NCBI GenBank assembly: GCA_963681965.1
Contig: OY820579.1
Span: 1,152,001-1,216,000, forward strand
DNA length: 64,000 nucleotides
Direction: 5' to 3'
Origin: a bacterium
GTDB taxonomy: Bacteria; Electryoneota; JAOADG01
Under the pieces are notes generated by a model. The model worked only from the letters and a program-made list of their open reading frames with translations, made no database searches and was not told where the DNA came from. This document shows, piece after piece, positions 50,505-61,234 of this stretch; the first letter of the stretch is position 1, and each line of letters opens with the position of its first letter. Position numbers and translations under genes: made by a program.

Positions 50505-52712
50505 TCACTGAGCATAATTATAAGACAAAGAAATGAACGAACGGCGACCGGTAAACGGTCCGTAATATTCATTGGTGTAATCGAGTAAATTGGTTCCCCC
50601 GAGAATGAAGCGAATTCCCTTCAATCGTGAATTGATCGAATTGCCATTGAGCGTTAAGGTCACATCGAGAATCGGTTTTGGTGTTAACTTGGATAATTCA
50701 AAAGTGTACAATCCGTAGGTTAGATCGTAGCGTTGATCGTAGCGCTGGAAAACCCTTCCGCGAAGCGCGAGACCGATACCGTCGTCGGCACTGTGAAAAT
50801 CGAGTCGAACATTGCCTGTGTGCCTGGGGTGCGGTAAATACGAGTGTGCGGATAAATTGTACGCCTCCAGATATTGGTAACCGGCTGAAGTCGTCATATA
50901 ACGCGATTGGTACCATTTCCAATTCGATTCGAAACCACGCGTATAGCTTCGACCAATGTTCGTGTACGACAAGATTCCAACACGTACGGTCGTGTCTTCG
51001 ATCTGGTCGCGAAAATCGTTGTAGAACGCATTTACCGTCCATAACAACCGGCGATTGATCAGTATTTCGCTGCCGAAGTTGTATCCGGTCGATGTTTCGG
51101 GTTTTAAATTGGGATTGCCATAGGCTTCGTAACCGACAGCCGGATGGGGAAAAGTTAAATACAATTCAATCCAACTCGGCGCGCGGAATCCCCGACCAAC
51201 ACTACCACGGAACTTCAGCCAATCGTTGGGCGAGTACATTGCCGCGATCTTTGGCGAAAGGAAATTTCCTTTCGATTTGACAAAATATCCTGTGAGAAAT
51301 TTCGCGATCGATTGAGTGTAATTGTCTTCGAAATTCTGGAATCCTTGATTATGATCGAACCGAAGTCCTAACTCGGTTCGGAATTGATCCGACCATTTTT
51401 TTTCCGATTGTGCAAAGACCGACCAGACAATATTCTTTTTGACTGCGCCCCACGCGACTCGAGCTGCATCGAAATCCGATTGCGCAAGCGACAATCCGAA
51501 ACTTGCCGTGTAGTCGGCGGAGAATTGGCGATTGTAGTCGAGTTCCGCCGATAACAGACGCTCGCGGGAATCGTTCGATTGCGACATATCATGATAACCA
51601 CTCTTGCGAACGAAGACGTCGTAAAGGCGATCGTATTGCGAGAATCGACTCTTAAACTTTACTTCCGCCCACGGGCGATATCGGAATGATACCGAAGGTC
51701 GGTAATCATACCGCAGTACCCGGGTTTCGTACCGGATGCTTGCGTCTTTCGAGATTTCACGGTTGTTCGTAAAACCGCCATCGATTTCACCCGACCAAAG
51801 TGAGTTCTCGGGGTGGAATAATATTTTACCACCAAAATCAGCACGGTCTTTACCGATCATCGTAAGATAATCGCGCATCGGTGTTCTACCTTGATGCATC
51901 GACGAACCGTTAAGCAGAATGCTCCAGTCATCGTGATGGCTGCTGATGGTTTGTGAGATTTCCCCTAATTCGTATTCGCCGCCTTTCACTTCTGTCGATA
52001 GCTCAAGCGGTTTTTGCGGTCTCTTCGTAATGATGTTGATAACGCCACTCATCGCTTCACTGCCATACAGAGAACTGCCAGGTCCTTTAACAATCTCGAT
52101 ACGTTCGACGCGATCAAGCGATAATGATCCTAGTTCCGAACGATCGTCGAATTTTCCAACCAGTGGTTCGCCATCTACTAGGACCAGTGCATATTTTGGA
52201 TCGGCTCCGAGGATTTCCGCCGATTGACCACCTGTGCGACCACCACGGAGATCTACACCTAGACGATCCGAGATCGCTTCGGCAACATCCTTAGCACCGT
52301 TTTCGCGAATTTCTTTTTCCGTAAGGACAATCGTAGGTACGGCAATTTCTTGTGAGGTGCGTTCAGTGCGGGTTGCTGTGACGACAATCTGATCAAGCAT
52401 TAAATAGTTTTTGCGGAGTTTGATCGTAATATTTTTCACATCATTGCGTGACAAATCGATCCCGATAATTGACGGTTCATATCCAACGTAGCTGGTTTTT
52501 AACCGATAACTTCCACTCGCTAGTTGTTGGAACTCAAAATTTCCATCGAAATCGCTCAGTGTGGCGCGTTTCGTACCTTCGAGCAATACCGATGCTCGAG
52601 GTAGAGGAGTTCCGTCCTCACCGACGATTTTACCGGAGATCGAATAGTTGGATGCTAAGGCGATTAGATATAGAGAAAAACACAGTCCGAGCGCGAAAAT
52701 TTGTCGCACCAT
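50505..52712 (-). CDS. TonB-dependent receptor (heme/cobalamin-type, HmuR-like)
   Basis: CarboxypepD-like N-domain, IVVTATRT, IEIVKGPGSSLYGSEAMSGVINIITK, FRAP and GNPNLKPE. Confidence 0.92.
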   Translation of the reverse strand: MVRQIFALGLCFSLYLIALASNYSISGKIVGEDGTPLPRASVLLEGTKRATLSDFDGNFEFQQLASGSYRLKTSYVGYEPSIIGIDLSRNDVKNITIKLRKNYLMLDQIVVTATRTERTSQEIAVPTIVLTEKEIRENGAKDVAEAISDRLGVDLRGGRTGGQSAEILGADPKYALVLVDGEPLVGKFDDRSELGSLSLDRVERIEIVKGPGSSLYGSEAMSGVINIITKRPQKPLELSTEVKGGEYELGEISQTISSHHDDWSILLNGSSMHQGRTPMRDYLTMIGKDRADFGGKILFHPENSLWSGEIDGGFTNNREISKDASIRYETRVLRYDYRPSVSFRYRPWAEVKFKSRFSQYDRLYDVFVRKSGYHDMSQSNDSRERLLSAELDYNRQFSADYTASFGLSLAQSDFDAARVAWGAVKKNIVWSVFAQSEKKWSDQFRTELGLRFDHNQGFQNFEDNYTQSIAKFLTGYFVKSKGNFLSPKIAAMYSPNDWLKFRGSVGRGFRAPSWIELYLTFPHPAVGYEAYGNPNLKPETSTGYNFGSEILINRRLLWTVNAFYNDFRDQIEDTTVRVGILSYTNIGRSYTRGFESNWKWYQSRYMTTSAGYQYLEAYNLSAHSYLPHPRHTGNVRLDFHSADDGIGLALRGRVFQRYDQRYDLTYGLYTFELSKLTPKPILDVTLTLNGNSINSRLKGIRFILGGTNLLDYTNEYYGPFTGRRSFISLSYNYAQ

Positions 52713-53019
52713 TACCTCCCCCCCACGAGAAGGAACTGAAATATCACAAAGATTGAAAAAATAACACAGCTAAGACGCTGTGAAATAGGATCAAATATAC
52801 ACTATTTGTAGTACGAGAGGAAATTTGAAATTGCTATTTGATTATCAAACAAATTGGTGGGTTTTGACAGTGTAGACACAAGAGCGTTGTTGGGTAATCG
52901 AATGATTTGTGACATAATTAACGAATTATCAAATGAGTGGTCAGGATTTAGCCCCCTCAGAGGCGAATTCAGCCGTCGGTCGCGACTGGAATATTAACGG
53001 GCAAAAATCATTGATCCGA

Positions 53020-53538
53020 TTAGTTAACTTTCAAATCGGGACGATACTTTAGCAGTTCTTGATAGAGACGCCACTGCTCAAAGTGGTAAACTTCTTCGTG
53101 TCCATCGGGATATACGTATTTATTTCCGGTCATGGTTCGTTTTAAAACCGGGGCATTCGGATCGTCGGGAACCAATAACGCTATCAGAGTCAATTTTTGA
53201 TTGGGGGTGATAACCTTGATCGAATACAGACCTTGTCCAGCCAATACTTTTTTGAATGACTGAATCTCATCCCAGCGAATCAACGTTTCGTGACCCGGAG
53301 TCAAGTTTTGAATACCGATATCATTGATTTCCACTTCGGCGTTCAGCGTCTTGCCGATCTCGCGACGCGCCAGGAGAAAACCGATCGCATCCATCGCGAG
53401 CAATCCAACGATAATCGCGAATAGCATCGTCGGCGAATTCGTTTTGAACGAAACAAGGTAGAGAACTCCCGCGAGAATGATCGGGAGTATTAATGATAGT
53501 ATTAATACTAACCGCATCATAATTTGAATTGTTGGCAT
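53020..53538 (-). CDS. Hypothetical membrane protein (2 TM plus a soluble domain)
   Basis: Long ORF with two hydrophobic helices. The start codon is uncertain. Confidence 0.65.
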   Translation of the reverse strand: MPTIQIMMRLVLILSLILPIILAGVLYLVSFKTNSPTMLFAIIVGLLAMDAIGFLLARREIGKTLNAEVEINDIGIQNLTPGHETLIRWDEIQSFKKVLAGQGLYSIKVITPNQKLTLIALLVPDDPNAPVLKRTMTGNKYVYPDGHEEVYHFEQWRLYQELLKYRPDLKVN

Positions 53539-53650
53539 CTTGCGATAGACTGAAATGAAACGCATTTTAGCTCCGTACAAAAATGGGCAGGTTACAATTA
53601 ATGTATTGTCGTTACCGTATTGACTACAATACTAAGGATGAAGATCAAGA

Positions 53651-54031
53651 ATGGAAGTGAGTATGTTCGATTTAAAATCGGAATTTGAAAAACTGATTGG
53701 CTCTTGGGAACTGGCTGGTCCGAAAAAGATGTTTGGATACGAAGTGTATGCTGCTAATCGAAAAATGTTCGGATGGCTGGAAGAAGATGGAATTGCACTG
53801 ACGGCGTTACCGGAAGAAGCTCGAGAAATTGTAATGAATACCTTCGATACTTATCCTTTTCAACATGGCAATCGAATATTCAGAAGTTGGCTGATTGTGT
53901 CAGTGTCCAATAAGAGTACATTTCGGAAATTGACTCCATTTATCGAATTGAGTTACCGAACGGCATTCGAAGCATCACTCAATCCAAAACCGGAAAAAAC
54001 GTCAACAAAAAAACGATTGCGCTACTACTAG
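53651..54031 (+). CDS. TfoX N-terminal-like protein
   Basis: KKMFGYEVY....KMFG motif and 'WLIV'. Confidence 0.65.
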   Translation: MEVSMFDLKSEFEKLIGSWELAGPKKMFGYEVYAANRKMFGWLEEDGIALTALPEEAREIVMNTFDTYPFQHGNRIFRSWLIVSVSNKSTFRKLTPFIELSYRTAFEASLNPKPEKTSTKKRLRYY

Positions 54032-54118
54032 GAAAATCGATCAAGAATTCGATCTAGCTGTATCGAATGAGGATAAACAATCGAAATGATAACGCGAAAG
54101 TGCGAATCAATCGACGTT

Positions 54119-54484
54119 CTACCTATTACCTGGGTGAATATTCGACCTGTCAGTGGATCTGAAAGTATAGTTACGTAACGGCTTTCCATCGGAATCGGGA
54201 AGACGATTGAATGCAATCAATCCCAAATCGATCAACCACCAAATCCCCAACCCTCCGATCGAGAAGAACTTCAACATACCTAAGACCGTATAACCAAGGT
54301 AAAATCGATCAATCCCAAATCCTCCCCCGAAAAATGAAATAAGAAGTGTAACAAGATGATCGCGGTCGCTTTCATTGGGATCGTAATCAGGAGAATAACT
54401 TTCCTCAGATAACGCAATTGAATTGCATTGGGAACACTTCTGTTCGCTAGACACAATTTCCGCACCACATTGGGAACAATTCAT
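54119..54484 (-). CDS. Zinc-ribbon plus TM2 domain protein
   Basis: CSQCG...CSQC and GGFGIDRFYLG...GGLGIWWLID. Confidence 0.88.
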   Translation of the reverse strand: MNCSQCGAEIVSSEQKCSQCNSIALSEESYSPDYDPNESDRDHLVTLLISFFGGGFGIDRFYLGYTVLGMLKFFSIGGLGIWWLIDLGLIAFNRLPDSDGKPLRNYTFRSTDRSNIHPGNR

Positions 54485-54753
54485 GTTTCTCCATTTTGAA
54501 ACAATTATAATTTGTGTCAGTTAGTATTAAAATCGATAAACTGAAATCAATCGGTGAAAATTGATTCCGACCGGTAATGGTTAAGTTGGCAATTTGTCTA
54601 CATACTAACACTTCCAATCAATTTGATCTTGCCAGAACTAAATATGGGTTTGTTTTACTGATCTAAATCTAACTAGTGAGGTGGTACCCTCAGTTTGGAC
54701 AGTTTTGTGCGAATCTTAGTTAGATTGCACCGCCCACTGTCTGCTGTTTCTTG

Positions 54754-55569
54754 TCAGGCAGCTGCCTGACAAGAAAGATTTCTTAGACTATCGGTGTAGA
54801 CTTCATCTGGGGTTTGATAGCCCAAGCCTTGGTGCGAACGTTCGCTGTTGTAGAACGAAAAATACTCACCGATGCTACGCTCTGCAATGCGAACTGAATC
54901 GTACCCTTTCAAGTATACTTCCTCGTACTTCAACGACTTCCACAACCGTTCGACAAAACGGTTATCCATCCACCGACCTTTACCATCCATACTGATCCGA
55001 ACGCCTGCCTCTTTCAAAACATCCGTAAATGCGATGCTGGTAAACTGACACCCTTGATCGCTGTTGAAGATCTCAGGCTTCCCATACTTCGACAACGCAT
55101 CCTTCAATGCTTCCACACAGGAATGCGTATCCAGCGTATTCGAAAGTCGCCACGACAGTACTTTCCGGCTGTACCAATCGATCACCGCCACCAGATACAC
55201 AAAACCCCGAGCCAATGGGATGTACGTGATATCGGTTGCCCACACTTGATTCGCCCGATCTACCACAATATCGCGAAGCAAGTACGGATAAATCTTGTGT
55301 TCCTTGTCAGGAACCGTCGTACGCGGCTTGCGGTACAATGCTTCCAGACCGAGGAGGCGCAGCAGGGAACGAACCTTTTTCCGTCCAACGTCGATGCCCT
55401 GCTTCGATAACTCCACCACCAGTTTACGAGCACCGTAGAACGGAACTTTCAGATGAAGCTCATCCAATGTTCGCAACAGCATCAACTCGGTCGAATCAAG
55501 CGGAACCGGACGATAGTAGAAACTGCTGCGTGGAATCTGGATCAAAGAACACTGCTGAACCACCGGCAA
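54754..55569 (-). CDS. IS3-family transposase OrfB (DDE)
   Basis: [15 protein letters not shown] and [15 protein letters not shown]. Probably joined or coupled to OrfA. Confidence 0.93.
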   Translation of the reverse strand: MPVVQQCSLIQIPRSSFYYRPVPLDSTELMLLRTLDELHLKVPFYGARKLVVELSKQGIDVGRKKVRSLLRLLGLEALYRKPRTTVPDKEHKIYPYLLRDIVVDRANQVWATDITYIPLARGFVYLVAVIDWYSRKVLSWRLSNTLDTHSCVEALKDALSKYGKPEIFNSDQGCQFTSIAFTDVLKEAGVRISMDGKGRWMDNRFVERLWKSLKYEEVYLKGYDSVRIAERSIGEYFSFYNSERSHQGLGYQTPDEVYTDSLRNLSCQAAA

Positions 55570-55586
55570 ACTGGCACCAGGATCGA

Positions 55587-55889
55587 TCAGCGCTTCACGC
55601 TCAGAACGCCCAAGCGACTGAGCCCCCGTGACAAAAAATCGTTCTCCATCGTTAACTGGCCAATCTTGGCGCGAAGCTCCTTAAGGTCTACTTCTTCACT
55701 TCCTGACGACTCGGTCTTGCCAAACACCGATGCAGCATGATCCAAAAGCTGCCTCTTCCACTGGCTGATCTGATTCGGATGAACCTGATACATACTCGCC
55801 AGTTCCGATACCGTCTTTTCACCCTTGAGGGCTGCTAATGCTACCTTCGCCTTGAAATCAGGCGATAAGGTCCGTCGTAATCCCGACAT
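55587..55889 (-). CDS. IS3-family transposase OrfA (HTH)
   Basis: FKAKVALAA...ELASMYQVHPNQISQWK...KIGQLTMENDFL. Confidence 0.92.
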   Translation of the reverse strand: MSGLRRTLSPDFKAKVALAALKGEKTVSELASMYQVHPNQISQWKRQLLDHAASVFGKTESSGSEEVDLKELRAKIGQLTMENDFLSRGLSRLGVLSVKR

Positions 55890-56955
55890 TGTAAACTCCC
55901 TGCTTGCTGTCAAAATATCGGGCAAAGCAATCTAACTAACAAACTGTCCAGGAAAACGGGACCACTTCATAGAAAGATATCGATCACACACTTGTTTGAG
56001 AAATTTTTCATTACATCCCAATGCTGATGAAAATAGTTGATCAATTTTTTTGAACAAGAGGGCGGTACTGATCGATTTAGAAGAAGTAAATCTTTCTCAC
56101 AAGGATTAATTGTTGCATTAATAGTCACTGTTGTTGTGCATAACTGTATATTTCGTGAGCATTGAACGTTTCATCTGATACCAGAAGAAGTTGATCAAAA
56201 AAAAATTGTGTGTGATTTTGGTACCTGCAATTTGATGAAACGTTTGCTTGACGCTGAAGCAAACAGTAAATCGGAGTTTTTGTAACGACTAAATAATATT
56301 TCGCAAATTCTTATTCATCCCAATTCAGTCAATTTGTTGTTGAATATCAATCAAAGATGATTTGATTTTTCTGCGTTAATATTTGAACAGTTTTCACCTA
56401 AAATTGTCATTTCAATGCGAAGAAACTCAGGGAGGGGGAAGCGATAACTCTAAAATTGTTCAAGTAACGGTGTAAAATTAATACAATTTCAACGCTGAAA
56501 CAGAATTATTTTGCTCTTGATCCACTCAAGTTATTCTTTGTTTATTATTACGTTAGTTATTTATAAGTAAAAGAGTGATGTATGAAAGATTTCCGTGAAA
56601 CATGATCAAATATATTTTATTGCCATCATTATAAATAGTTAATATACTATAGTATACGGCATGTGCTCGTTTGACAATTCCCATATTATCGGTGTAATTA
56701 ATTGTTCTTAGTAAGCCGCTGTAAATTATGGTATTAACTGAACTGAAAGAAATCGCCGAAATCATTTTACAATTTACCAATAAACAATGATATGAAAGTT
56801 TTCAAGTGAGAGACTGTGATTTAGTTAGATAAATTGTTTCACGATATGAGAATATTTACAGCGTCATGTAACATAATGTTAATGAAAGATATAGCGCGAA
56901 TGGCAAGATTGTTGTATTTATTGTCGCATAAATAAGCTATGACAAGCAATTAGTC

Positions 56956-56984
56956 TTGCAGAATTAGCTTTTGTTACGTATCAT
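56956..56984 (+). promoter_or_regulatory. Putative sigma70 promoter of the MarR gene
   Basis: TTGCAG-17 nt-TATCAT. Confidence 0.45.
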
Positions 56985-57044
56985 TAGTGAGTTTCTACCC
57001 ATGAAACATTAGTAATCTTTTTTTTTTCGAAAGGAGAGCAGTAG

Positions 57045-57578
57045 ATGGCAAGTGATAACTTGAAAGAGCAAGTCGATCAAATTGAACGATTGATGTCTGC
57101 ATTTCCCGTATTGATGTCTGCAATGCATCGATATGGCGCAACTTTTGCCCGGGAACGGGAATTGTCGGTTGCTCAATTTAAAGCATTGTTGCTTTTGGAA
57201 CACCACGGTCCATTGTCGATGAGTGAATTGGCACACTTACTGAGCATCAGCCCGTCCACCGCTTCGTTGACAACCGAACGAATGGTGAAGCACAATCTCG
57301 TCAAGCGACGGCACGACCTTCCCGACAAGCGAATGGTTCGCGTTCACCTTTCTGCTGCTGGTTCCGCATTCTTGGCTGCACACCGGGAACATGCCCGCGA
57401 TGTGTTCAAACAGACATTGGATCGGTTATCGGCAGACGATCGGAAACGTTACGTTGATGCGTGGGAATTTCTCGTAGATACAACTCAAAAAGTTACAGAC
57501 GAGTATTTCGCCAATGAGCGTCGCAAACACGGTCGCGTCGGCGAAAGTGGAACGCCAGCTTATGACGATGAAGATTAA
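57045..57578 (+). CDS. MarR-family transcriptional regulator
   Basis: LSVAQF, MSELA...ISPSTAS, LVKR....DKR...VHLS..G and an AAGGAG RBS. Confidence 0.9.
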   Translation: MASDNLKEQVDQIERLMSAFPVLMSAMHRYGATFARERELSVAQFKALLLLEHHGPLSMSELAHLLSISPSTASLTTERMVKHNLVKRRHDLPDKRMVRVHLSAAGSAFLAAHREHARDVFKQTLDRLSADDRKRYVDAWEFLVDTTQKVTDEYFANERRKHGRVGESGTPAYDDED

Positions 57579-57605
57579 TCGATCATCATGAATTTTCCAT
57601 TTGTG

Positions 57606-57638
57606 AAAATAACCCGTCGGATAGACGGGTTATTTTTT
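57606..57638 (+). terminator. Intrinsic terminator
   Basis: AAAATAACCCGTC/GACGGGTTATTTT stem. Confidence 0.8.
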
Positions 57639-57834
57639 GTTCGATTCAAATAGAGATTGAATTTATTGGATGGAGGAGGCATATTGTGGTTCATATTCAA
57701 TCCATTTCGAGCTGGAACCACAGTGAAACGGCGATTTTGAATTCACCAGTCGAGAGAATTTATTTTTTTGTCGAAACGAAGTTATATTATCGAGTAGGAA
57801 GTTTGATTGTTTTTTTGCAAAGGAAGTAACGACA

Positions 57835-58242
57835 GTGGACCTTACTATACAACTCACACTATGTTTGGCGGGAGGATGGGGAGTCTTACTGTTTGTTACC
57901 ATGGCGAGATGGTTCTCGATCGCTCGCGATACTCTGGATCTGAGTTTACGAAAACATCGGTTGATGTGGTTGCGTTTTCGCTGGTACTTGGGGTTGATCG
58001 TCGGAATTATTCTCATGGCAATCGTGGGATTCATTCTGTACAAAGATGCCAACGCCACGATTCCGAAAATTGCTTGGGCAGGATGGAGTTTAATTACCCT
58101 CATCGAAATTTATTTTCTTGTCAGGTTTCAACTTCTCTACAAGAATTTCCGAAAACATGCAGTTTATTTACACAACACTGATTTATTTTCCTCTATGATT
58201 GCATTCGTCGGAAGTTTTCTTATTATCTTCGCTGTAATTTAG
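57835..58242 (+). CDS. Hypothetical membrane protein (about 4 TM)
   Basis: Hydrophobic ORF with a GTG start. Confidence 0.6.
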   Translation: MDLTIQLTLCLAGGWGVLLFVTMARWFSIARDTLDLSLRKHRLMWLRFRWYLGLIVGIILMAIVGFILYKDANATIPKIAWAGWSLITLIEIYFLVRFQLLYKNFRKHAVYLHNTDLFSSMIAFVGSFLIIFAVI

Positions 58243-58344
58243 AAAACAACTTTTTATACAATTTGTCTTCAATCCGTTCCTTCCGTTATGCAATAACGGT
58301 TAACAGTGAATCTGTCGAATAATAATCGGGATAGGTAAATACAT

Positions 58345-60687
58345 ATGATGAAGTGTAGAATAAGTATCGCTTTCCTGTTGTTTTCACTGATAACAATTTC
58401 TCTGGCAGAATCCAAAATGACAATAGGAAGTATCCATGGATTTGTCCGCGATCGAGTAACGCAGGAAGGAATACCCGGAGCTACCGTGCGGATCGTTGGA
58501 TCGAAAATCGGTGGTAAATCCGATCTATCGGGAAAATTTCAGATTGATCAAATTCCAGTTGGAACTTCAACGATTCGTATTTCCGTTATCGGTTACGCCG
58601 AAGCAATTCGATCGGATATTCAGATTACTGCCGGTCGTTCAGCATACTTATTGGTCGAGCTGGAGACATCGTCCATTGAAGCCAAGGAAATCGTTGTAAA
58701 AGCCGATCCGTTTCAACAAGCTCCTGAAATCTCTACCAGTACCCAGCGAATGGCACAAGAAGAAATCCGGCGTGCGCCAGGGGCGCGTGAGGATCTATCG
58801 CGAGCAGTTCAAATTATGCCCGGTGTTCAGATGAATAGCGATGATCGCAACGATTTAGTTGTGCGTGGCGGTTCTCCGACGGAAGTGCTATTTCGAATCG
58901 ACGGAATCGAATTTCCGAATCCCAATCATTTCGGTACCCAGGGAGCAACCGGTGGTCCCATCGGAATGATCAATAACGATTTTGTTGCCGATGTTAATTT
59001 TCTGAGTGGTGGATTCCCGGCGCGATTTGGCGATAAGTTATCGGCGGTAGTCGATGTTAACTATCGCGAAGGCAACCCAAAATTTACGGGAAATACATAT
59101 TTTGGTTTCGCCGGTGCAGGTGGAGTTATTGAAGGACCGATCGGCAACAATCAATCCGGTTCGTATATTTTTAGCATTCGCAAAAGCTGGCTCGATCTAA
59201 TATCCGGGATGATGAATTACGGTGCCGTCCCGCATTATCAGGATGCACAATTCAAATTGTCGAATGCACTCAGTCCAGTCGATCGAATCTCCATTCTCGG
59301 AATTGCTGGTTCATCGGATATAAAAATGGAACCGAAACTGAGCGATTCGGATATCCCGCAAACGGAACACATTCTGGATAAACAAAACAGTGGCGTAATC
59401 GGCGTCAATTTTACACATATGTTTCCAAAAGTCGGTTATACGCGGTTTATTGCTTCGCTCGATCGTGCACAATTCGATGTCGATGTCGACACTCTCGAAT
59501 CCATTGCTAATCCGGTTTATCATCGCGCTTTTTATAATTCATCAATTGAGACCCAGAATGATTTTCGCAATGAATGGACACTTCACACCAACGCAAAATC
59601 GGAATGGAATTTTGGAATACAATATAAACGTGTTGGTTTTGACTATCGCGTGTATTCGCATGAACCACTCACTTCCTTTGATTCTTCATTGGTACCCCCT
59701 CAACTCACTACGAGGGTTATTGAACACGATGCCGATTTAAACCAATCTTCATGGAAAGGTGCCGGATATCTTACTTATTCGCAGAATCTGGGTATGAATT
59801 GGGTGTTCAATCTCGGTGGTCGCTTCGATTACTTCGACTTTACCGAGCAAAGCGATTTCTCGCCGCGAATCGGAGTCACTTATCGGATCGGAGCCGATAC
59901 CCGCATCACCGGATCATACGGGTGGTTCACGCAGGCTCCGCCACTCTTGTTACTGAATGGGAACGACGAAAATCGTCATTTGAAAAACATGAAAGCCGAA
60001 CATATTGTGATTGGGTTCGAGCATCTGCTCGATCCTTTCACTCGTGTATCACTAGAAGTTTACGATAAAAAGTATTCGCGAGTTCCGGTATCGCGAGATC
60101 GCAACAAGTGGGTAAGTATGATGAATTCAGGAACCGAATATGGTGGACTCGGTACTTGGGATCCTTTGGTATCGGATGGGGATGGTCAGAGTTACGGAAT
60201 TGAAGGGATGATCCAAAAGAAATTGCAACAGGATTTGTATGGTATCGCTACGGTGTCATGGTCGCGGACTTTTTACACCGCATACGATAAAATATCTCGT
60301 CGCAGCAGCTTCGATACTCCGATCATCATAAACTTTGTTGGTGGTTGGAAACCGAATGATCGGAACGATATCAGCTTTAAATGGTCCTTTGCTTCCGGAA
60401 CACCATACACACCGGTCAACGAAACTGTTTCGCGGCTCTACAACTACGAAATTCGCGATACACTTCAAATCAATTCGCTCCGTCGACCACCCTATCACCG
60501 GTTGGATCTTCGATACGATTATCGAACATTCTTTAACGGATGGAATTTGGTTTCGTGGTTTTCGATAGAGAATATTTACAATCGGCAAAACCTACTCTCC
60601 ACGGTGTGGAATCGAAAAACTGCCAAAGAAGAAAAATCCTATCAAACGGGATTGTTTCCAATTGGCGGCTTCACAGTCGAATGGTAA
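58345..60687 (+). CDS. TonB-dependent receptor
   Basis: CarboxypepD-like N-domain, VRGGSP.E....DG...NPNHF plug, GGFPARFGDKLS and a C-terminal aromatic residue. Confidence 0.9.
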   Translation: MMKCRISIAFLLFSLITISLAESKMTIGSIHGFVRDRVTQEGIPGATVRIVGSKIGGKSDLSGKFQIDQIPVGTSTIRISVIGYAEAIRSDIQITAGRSAYLLVELETSSIEAKEIVVKADPFQQAPEISTSTQRMAQEEIRRAPGAREDLSRAVQIMPGVQMNSDDRNDLVVRGGSPTEVLFRIDGIEFPNPNHFGTQGATGGPIGMINNDFVADVNFLSGGFPARFGDKLSAVVDVNYREGNPKFTGNTYFGFAGAGGVIEGPIGNNQSGSYIFSIRKSWLDLISGMMNYGAVPHYQDAQFKLSNALSPVDRISILGIAGSSDIKMEPKLSDSDIPQTEHILDKQNSGVIGVNFTHMFPKVGYTRFIASLDRAQFDVDVDTLESIANPVYHRAFYNSSIETQNDFRNEWTLHTNAKSEWNFGIQYKRVGFDYRVYSHEPLTSFDSSLVPPQLTTRVIEHDADLNQSSWKGAGYLTYSQNLGMNWVFNLGGRFDYFDFTEQSDFSPRIGVTYRIGADTRITGSYGWFTQAPPLLLLNGNDENRHLKNMKAEHIVIGFEHLLDPFTRVSLEVYDKKYSRVPVSRDRNKWVSMMNSGTEYGGLGTWDPLVSDGDGQSYGIEGMIQKKLQQDLYGIATVSWSRTFYTAYDKISRRSSFDTPIIINFVGGWKPNDRNDISFKWSFASGTPYTPVNETVSRLYNYEIRDTLQINSLRRPPYHRLDLRYDYRTFFNGWNLVSWFSIENIYNRQNLLSTVWNRKTAKEEKSYQTGLFPIGGFTVEW

Positions 60688-60751
60688 TACTGACCAGTGT
60701 ACAGATGCTCAAAAATAAATTCTTGTTCGTATGAGCGTCGGTGAGCGTTTA

Positions 60752-61234
60752 TTAAATTCCGAACCAGTTGTCGTCGGCGAGGTCGGCTTCCAATTGTTGA
60801 CGATCTGCTTCGTCGGGGATTTGGATACCGGCTTCGCGGGCTAGCTGTTTGTAATGAAATGCTTGTTTTGCGTTGCCCGCGCAAGCATATGCTCGTGCCA
60901 TTGCCTCGTACGAATATGCTAAATCGAATCCTTGCAATTGATACATTAGAGTCATCGATAGACAGCGTTCGGCATGATGTAAAGCCGGTTCGGGTCGATC
61001 AAGCAGCGATGCCACATGTGAAATCATCCATTCACCGCGAGTGATGTTAATCGGTTCGCCGATTTCGCTCCAATGATAGAGCGATCCGTAGGCAGCCTGA
61101 AGAGCACGTTCTTTTTCTTCGGGATTCTCCGAAGCTGCCATGAGATGTTCCCAAGCCCGATTAAACAGCGTGACGGCAAAAAAACGATGACCTTGTTTTA
61201 GCTTCTCTACTTGTTGATCGGTGATGTCCGACAT
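60752..61234 (-). CDS. Hypothetical helical (TPR-like) protein
   Basis: HRFFAV..FNRAW, SLYHW, RGEWMIS and FDLAYSYEAMARA. GAGG RBS. Confidence 0.75.
   Translation of the reverse strand: MSDITDQQVEKLKQGHRFFAVTLFNRAWEHLMAASENPEEKERALQAAYGSLYHWSEIGEPINITRGEWMISHVASLLDRPEPALHHAERCLSMTLMYQLQGFDLAYSYEAMARAYACAGNAKQAFHYKQLAREAGIQIPDEADRQQLEADLADDNWFGI

Larger units (their letters stand above)
54677..55969 (-). mobile_element. IS3-family insertion sequence, complete (~1.29 kb)
   Basis: Imperfect 29-bp TG...CA terminal inverted repeats (TGAGGTGGTACCCTCAGTTTGGACAGTTT and TGAAGTGGTCCCGTTTTCCTGGACAGTTT). 3-bp TAG target duplication at 54674-54676 and 55970-55972. orfA/orfB layout. Confidence 0.92.

Noticed and set aside
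52713-53019. Cobalamin, c-di-AMP or ZTP riboswitch, or SRP RNA, upstream of the TonB-dependent receptor (GC-rich patch 52938-52990)
   Set aside because: Only fragments match (GCTGAATTC, GGTCAGG, GGTCGCGACTGG), and the remaining conserved cores are missing.
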